A stretch of 64,000 nucleotides of DNA, taken from contig CM000154.2 in the NCBI GenBank assembly GCA_000004695.1, positions 768,001-832,000 of the forward strand, written 5' to 3'. A program made the position numbers and the translations under genes. Positions within the stretch are counted from its first letter, which is position 1. Each line of letters begins with the position of its first letter. Below, piece by piece: positions 58,726 to 64,000 of this stretch. The notes beneath the pieces are model-generated. The model did no database searches and was not told the origin of the DNA. It was given only the letters and a program-made list of their open reading frames with translations. This stretch comes from Dictyostelium discoideum. Its lineage: Eukaryota.

Positions 58726-61401
58726 ATGGATGTAGAATTCACACCCAGTGACACAAATAAATTTGAAGCTAATATTACCAAACAACACCAAGTGATTGAA
58801 TTGAATAATCAAGAAGAACAACAACAACCAGAACAACAAGAACAACCAGAACAACAAGAAGAACTAAAAGATAATAACGAAAAGATAAAAACTAGTGAAG
58901 ATTCAACAACAACCACAACAACAACAGCAACAATTACAACCACTGGTGAAAACTCAATTTCAATTACAGTTACAGAGGCAAATAATAACACTAATCAATT
59001 AAATAAAAGCACTAGTAGCAGCAGTAGTTTAAATAATAATAAAAACGAAGACAATAAGAGTGTTACTGCATCAATTGCACCATCATCACCAGTCATTGAA
59101 TCATCTGCAATAGAATCAGCAATTGACTCACCATACATTTCATCTGCTTCAGTATTTTCAAACGCCACCAATAATAACAACAACACCACCACAACAAACG
59201 TTGTAGTACCACCACCACAATTACTTGAGTCTTCAACTGAAAATATTACATCTGCAGCTGAAATTACACCAGTGACAACAACAACAACAGAAGAGACAAT
59301 TAATATTCCAAAAGAATCAATAGAAGTACAAAAACAACTAGCAGAAACAACAACAACAGCAGCAATAACTACTACCAATTCAACACAAGTAACATCAACA
59401 ACTGTAACAAATCCAGATAAATTAAAGTGTAAAATGCATAGATCAAATTTTATAATGACACAAATTGGTGGAAAAAAATTCACAGAGATGACATTAGAAC
59501 AATTATTGGATGAAGATGACCCCCAAACTGGTATGGGGTTTAAGAATCCTGGTCCTCAAGGATTCTTAGAATATGTTGGTGATACTGCACCACCACCAAC
59601 ACCACCACCAATTTCAACATCCAACACAACTGGTAAAAATACAGGTAAAAACTCAACAACAGGTAAAAGTGAAGGCAAAAAAGCAACTTCAAACAGTTCA
59701 AATGTACCACCAAGTCCAGTACTTGCATCATCAGCTTCACCATCACCAAAATTAAAATCATCCTCATCTTCAATTAGAAATAGTGGTGCCATTTCAGGTA
59801 CAAGTGAAAATGGTGGTGGTGGTAATGGAAGTGGTACAATTTCAAAGAATACAGCACCTACAACAGGTAATTCTACTACCACCACCACCACCACCACATC
59901 TACAACAACATCATCATCAAAAGATAGAAAGAGTGTTGTTCAAAAACAATCAACATTAGGTAGATTACAAAAGAATGAAGAAGAAAGAAGAAAGAGAAAA
60001 GAACAAAAGAGAAGTCGTGCTCGTGAAAAACCAATTCTAATCGCAGGTATTGAGGATTTACCAGCTGAATGTTTAAAGATGGTAAAGAAATCAAAGATTC
60101 CAGAGGATAAATTAATTCAACACCTTAATATTTTATTACCAATACTTAGATTTAGAACTGGATATAATTTAAGACATGTACCAATTGTATCATCTAATAA
60201 TTCAACAAATTCTTTAGGTTCATCAATAAATAAAAATAATTCAAATAATACTACCACTACTACTACTACAACCAATACAAATAATAAATCACCAGAAGTC
60301 TCAACAAATAGTCTTGATGTAAATATAATAAACCAAAACCAAAACCAAACAAATTCTGTACAAAATAATCAAATTAACACAAGTTCAAATGTAATAACAA
60401 CAAATGTAATACCAACTACAACAGCATCTCAAAGTAGTCAAGCACCATACCATCCAAGTCATAACGGAAATGAAGAGGATGATTATGATGATGGATCACG
60501 TTTAGAGAATGCAATTTTACCAAAAGGTACCGTCGACTTGATTGAAACTGATAGAGACGTTAAAAAATTATATAAAAATTTAAAACAAATCGGAAGCGGT
60601 GGGTTTGGTAGTGTATTTTTAGCAAAATCAACCGTTGATAAATGTGAAATTGCCATTAAAAAGATTGCACATGTATCAGCAAAAGCACAAAGAACCAATC
60701 TCAATGAGATTGGATTTTTAAATTTCTGTAAGCATCCAAACATTGTCAGTTACTTAAGAAGTCATTTGGTTGATGATACCATTTGGATCGCTATGGAGTA
60801 TATGCAAGGTGGCACTTTAACCGAAGCAAGTCAAGGCCACACTTTCAATGAGTCGTGTATCGCTTACGTTGCAAAGGGTATGTTGGAAGGCTTAATGTAT
60901 TTACATGCTCACAACATCGTTCATAGGGATATTAAATCGGGTAACATTATGATGACCATCGATGGTAAAATCAAGATTGTCGATTTCGGTCTTTGTGTCG
61001 ACGCAAATGAAAGAAAATTAGTACATATGGCAGGTTCCCCTTTTTGGATGTCTCCAGAGATGATTCGTGGTGAGTCCTATGGCTGTCCAACCGATATTTG
61101 GAGTTTTGCAATTTGTCTTTTGGAATTGGCAAATGGTGAACCACCCCACAGAAAATCTTCCCTCACTGCTATGTTCACCACTGCAACTGAGGGTTGTGCA
61201 GGTTTGGACAAACCTGAAAGATGGACCGAACACTTTACTCATTTCTTAAATCTTTGTTTAGAAATGGATCCTTCAAAGAGATCAACTGCCGAACAACTTT
61301 TAAAACATCCTTGGATTAATTTATCTGAAAATCCTGAAACTATGAAAAAGATTTTAGCTCAAATTTTCATTGCGAATGTTATGAATCATTTAGATAATTA
61401 A
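58726..61401 (+). CDS. STE20/PAK-family serine/threonine protein kinase (891 aa, C-terminal kinase domain).
   Basis: Kinase subdomains: IGSGGFGSVFLAKS, AIKKI, HPNIVSY, VHRDIKSGNIMM, IVDFGLC and GSPFWMSPE (compare PAK GTPYWMAPE). The long N-terminal half is T/S/N/Q-rich low complexity. Confidence 0.9.
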   Translation: MDVEFTPSDTNKFEANITKQHQVIELNNQEEQQQPEQQEQPEQQEELKDNNEKIKTSEDSTTTTTTTATITTTGENSISITVTEANNNTNQLNKSTSSSSSLNNNKNEDNKSVTASIAPSSPVIESSAIESAIDSPYISSASVFSNATNNNNNTTTTNVVVPPPQLLESSTENITSAAEITPVTTTTTEETINIPKESIEVQKQLAETTTTAAITTTNSTQVTSTTVTNPDKLKCKMHRSNFIMTQIGGKKFTEMTLEQLLDEDDPQTGMGFKNPGPQGFLEYVGDTAPPPTPPPISTSNTTGKNTGKNSTTGKSEGKKATSNSSNVPPSPVLASSASPSPKLKSSSSSIRNSGAISGTSENGGGGNGSGTISKNTAPTTGNSTTTTTTTTSTTTSSSKDRKSVVQKQSTLGRLQKNEEERRKRKEQKRSRAREKPILIAGIEDLPAECLKMVKKSKIPEDKLIQHLNILLPILRFRTGYNLRHVPIVSSNNSTNSLGSSINKNNSNNTTTTTTTTNTNNKSPEVSTNSLDVNIINQNQNQTNSVQNNQINTSSNVITTNVIPTTTASQSSQAPYHPSHNGNEEDDYDDGSRLENAILPKGTVDLIETDRDVKKLYKNLKQIGSGGFGSVFLAKSTVDKCEIAIKKIAHVSAKAQRTNLNEIGFLNFCKHPNIVSYLRSHLVDDTIWIAMEYMQGGTLTEASQGHTFNESCIAYVAKGMLEGLMYLHAHNIVHRDIKSGNIMMTIDGKIKIVDFGLCVDANERKLVHMAGSPFWMSPEMIRGESYGCPTDIWSFAICLLELANGEPPHRKSSLTAMFTTATEGCAGLDKPERWTEHFTHFLNLCLEMDPSKRSTAEQLLKHPWINLSENPETMKKILAQIFIANVMNHLDN

Positions 61402-61409
61402 TTGGAATT

Positions 61410-61446
<37 letters not shown>

Positions 61447-61647
61447 AAACAAAACAAATCAAAAAACAAAAACAAAAAAAAACTATAAATTATTATTATT
61501 AATGAAACGAAAATAATAATATTAAAAAAAAAAAAAAAAAAAATAATCAAATAATAAAAAAAAACAATCAAATAATAAAAAAAAATTAAATAAAAAAAAA
61601 ACTTAATAATATTAAAAACTTAATGAGAAAATAAAATATAAAATTGT

Positions 61648-61923
61648 TTATTTTTTATCTTTAAAATAAACAACTAATAAAGTAATAGATTCTATAATTA
61701 CTCCAAGTAAAATCACTCCCAGAATAAATCTAAAAATTCTTTTTTTTAATTGATCATATACACCAAATGGTTTTGAATAAGGAATTTGATTTTCAATATC
61801 TTTCAAAAGAATTTCTTTATTTTTCTCCCTTTTTTTTTTTTTTATGAAAATTAATATAAATAAAAATAAAAAGTTTCAATAAAAAGGAAAATTTAATTTT
61901 AAAAAAAGTAATTACTCTTGCAT
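61648..61923 (-). CDS. Small tail-anchored membrane protein, family member A (~63 aa). Exons 61916..61923 and 61648..61828.
   Basis: ATGCAAGA|GTAATT, then an 87-nt intron to AAAAAG|, then EEKNKEILLKDIENQIPYSKPFGVYDQLKKRIFRFILGVILLGVIIESITLLVVYFKDKK*. The hydrophobic segment is near the C-terminus. Confidence 0.5.
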
Positions 61924-62598
61924 TATAATTATGATAAATTGTTTTTTTAAAAAAAGTTTTTTTTTTTTTCTTTTTATCATTAAATTGTTGTATGATTTAA
62001 TAAAAATGGTGGGAATTTGGAAAGGATTAATACATATTCATGGATTTATTTTCATAAAATAATATTTTGAGAGGTAAAACCTTGAAAAAAAAAAAAAAAA
62101 TAAAAAAATAAAAAAATAAAATTAGAAAATTTATTTTTTTTTGGAAAATTGAGAGTAAGCATCTCAAAAAAAAAAAAAAAAAAATATTTTTTTTTTAATC
62201 ATTTTTAAATTATTTTGGATGAGTTGGTGATAATTGTGTTACATTATTAAATGCATTATATGTGATATTGGATTAATGTTATTATTTTTTATATGCAAAT
62301 GATTAATTAGTTAATATTTCAAATAATTAAAAATAATAATAAAATAAAAAAAAAAAATAAAAAAATGAATAAATTAAATATTAAAAAAAAATTTAAGCAC
62401 TAAAATTTTTTTTTTTTTGACATTTTTAAATTAAAAATAATAATGGAATTATTAAATAATAGAAAATTAATTTTATAGTATATATGTACTTTGAGATGTG
62501 ATCAATCTATATTTTATTTTATTTTATTTTATTATATAATAAAAAAAAAAAAACCAATTTTAAAGATTAATAGGGTTTAAAATTTTCCAAGCCAATTA

Positions 62599-62875
62599 TT
62601 ATTTTAATTTATTAACAAAAGTGGCTGCACAAGTTGCAATTAAAGCAATCAAAATAATAGTAAGGAAACATAAAAGTGTTCTCCATTGTCTTTGTTTTTT
62701 AAGTTGGAGTTCCTTTTGGATTGTTGTTTCGGACTCATTAGTTTTTTGGTTATTTCCAACTTCAATTTCAATATCTTTTACAACTATTTGTTGTGTTGTT
62801 CTATTAAAATTAAAATTAAAGTTAATATAATTTTTAAAATGAAATAAATAATATAATATGATATTACTCTCCCAT
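62599..62875 (-). CDS. Small tail-anchored membrane protein, family member B (~68 aa). Exons 62868..62875 and 62599..62800.
   Basis: ATGGGAGA|GTAATA, a 67-nt intron, TTAATAG|, then ETTQQIVVKDIEIEVGNNQKTNESETTIQKELQLKKQRQWRTLLCFLTIILIALIATCAATFVNKLK*. The intron position and phase are identical to member A (after codon 2, phase 2). Confidence 0.55.
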
Positions 62876-62960
62876 TATAAAATGTAATAAAGTTTTAAAG
62901 TTTTTAATTTAATTTAAAGTTTGTAGTTTTAGATAATAAAATTATTATTTTTCATTTTTA

Positions 62961-63020
<60 letters not shown>

Positions 63021-63705
63021 ATTGCTTCAATGAAACTTAATTAATGAATTGCAGCCTTTTTAAAAAAAATAATTATATACATATAAATAAAAAAAGGTGG
63101 GAAATATTTGGTTTATGATCTTCAATTCATATGGATTGCAACGTGTTTGTTTTAATTTAAAAAAAAAAAAAAAATTAAAAATAAAAAAATAAATTTTCGT
63201 TGAAAACCTAAAATAAAAAAAAAAAAAAATGATGAAACTGGTTAGATTTTTGGTATTGAATAAATTAAAATTTCATTATAAGATATACAATATAAACTTT
63301 TCTTTTAATTGTTTTGATTTTATTTGATTTTATTAATTAATATATATATATATATTTTATTTAAAGTTTTTGGAATGGGATTTTTTTGTTATTGATAAAA
63401 TTTCAAAACACTATTTATTATTTTTATTTTTATTTTAATTTTTTTTTTTTTATAATTTAAAATTTAAAATTTAATATTTTATAATATTAATTATTTTATT
63501 TTATTTTGGATGAAAGGTTATTTTCTTGGTAAAAATTTCTTTTTTGTTTTATTCATTTTAACCAAGTTACATTATTACAAAATCCATTTCTTTTTTTATT
63601 ATTTTTTTTTTTATTTTTATTTTTTTTTTCAATCGGAATGTTAATTAAAAACTTTGAGAAAATTGAAATCTATCAATGAAGATTTGATTTACCTCTTCTT
63701 TATTT

Positions 63706-63886
63706 TTATTTGATGGTAGTGGTAAGAATAGGAACTATTATTGCAACCATTGCAATTATTAAAAGTAATGTTATGAGAATTTTAAATTGAATTCTCTTTT
63801 TTTTTTCTTTGTTATATTCTTCATTAGCTTTTCTTGATTGCTCTAGTGTGATTGAATAAGATGTTTTTTCAAAATCTTTTGAACCC
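63706..63886 (-). CDS. Small tail-anchored membrane protein, family member C. Only the 3' exon is resolved; the 5' exon was not found inside the window.
   Basis: ...GSKDFEKTSYSITLEQSRKANEEYNKEKKREFNLKILITLLLIIAMVAIIVPILTTTIK*. It is similar to B, including the KD[IF]E motif and a basic juxtamembrane region. Confidence 0.35.
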
Positions 63887-64000
63887 CTATTATCTAATAA
63901 AAAGCTATCACCAATCCCTATTATTTTTTTATTATTATTACTTTTTGTATTTTTTTTTTTTTTTTTTTTTTTATTATGTTTGAGTACTTTTTTTTTAAAA

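Overview
This 64 kb window is AT-rich (roughly 75-80% A+T) nuclear DNA with the hallmarks of Dictyostelium discoideum or a very close dictyostelid. Genes are separated by A/T homopolymer deserts, ORFs carry (AAT)n-encoded poly-Asn and (CAA)n poly-Gln tracts, and introns are short, AT-rich GT..AG introns of about 70-260 nt. Reading both strands and splicing the ORF track by hand gives about 25 protein-coding genes. The well-supported ones, in order, are: an SH2+LRR signalling protein (partial), a MICU1-like EF-hand protein, prefoldin subunit 1, an Ecdysoneless/SGT1 homologue, a KAR5/GEX1-like membrane protein, a 1448-aa type-I membrane protein with Cys/DGSI repeats, a SAP-domain protein, an adenylate-kinase-like protein, an ABCC transporter, a GPI-anchored secreted protein, a RhoGAP-domain protein, a CUE-CCCH-Smr protein, an MFS transporter, a 920-aa orphan, an Hrd1 RING-H2 ligase with five exons, a 1313-aa orphan, a thioredoxin locus (one apparently functional copy plus a decayed tandem copy), an insulysin-type M16 peptidase, a STE20/PAK-like kinase, and a tandem trio of small tail-anchored protein genes. 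I recognised no tRNA, rRNA, transposon or CRISPR feature. No obviously novel biological system stands out. The most unusual signals are: the thioredoxin locus, whose active-site codons I cannot splice canonically; the tail-anchored trio, which shares a conserved intron; G/T-rich and C-rich islands (possibly G-box/CAE promoter elements) in otherwise pure A/T intergenic DNA; a 30-nt duplicated promoter element; and a perfect 12-bp hairpin 3' of the peptidase gene. All coordinates come from hand translation and should be confirmed with RNA-seq and homology searches.
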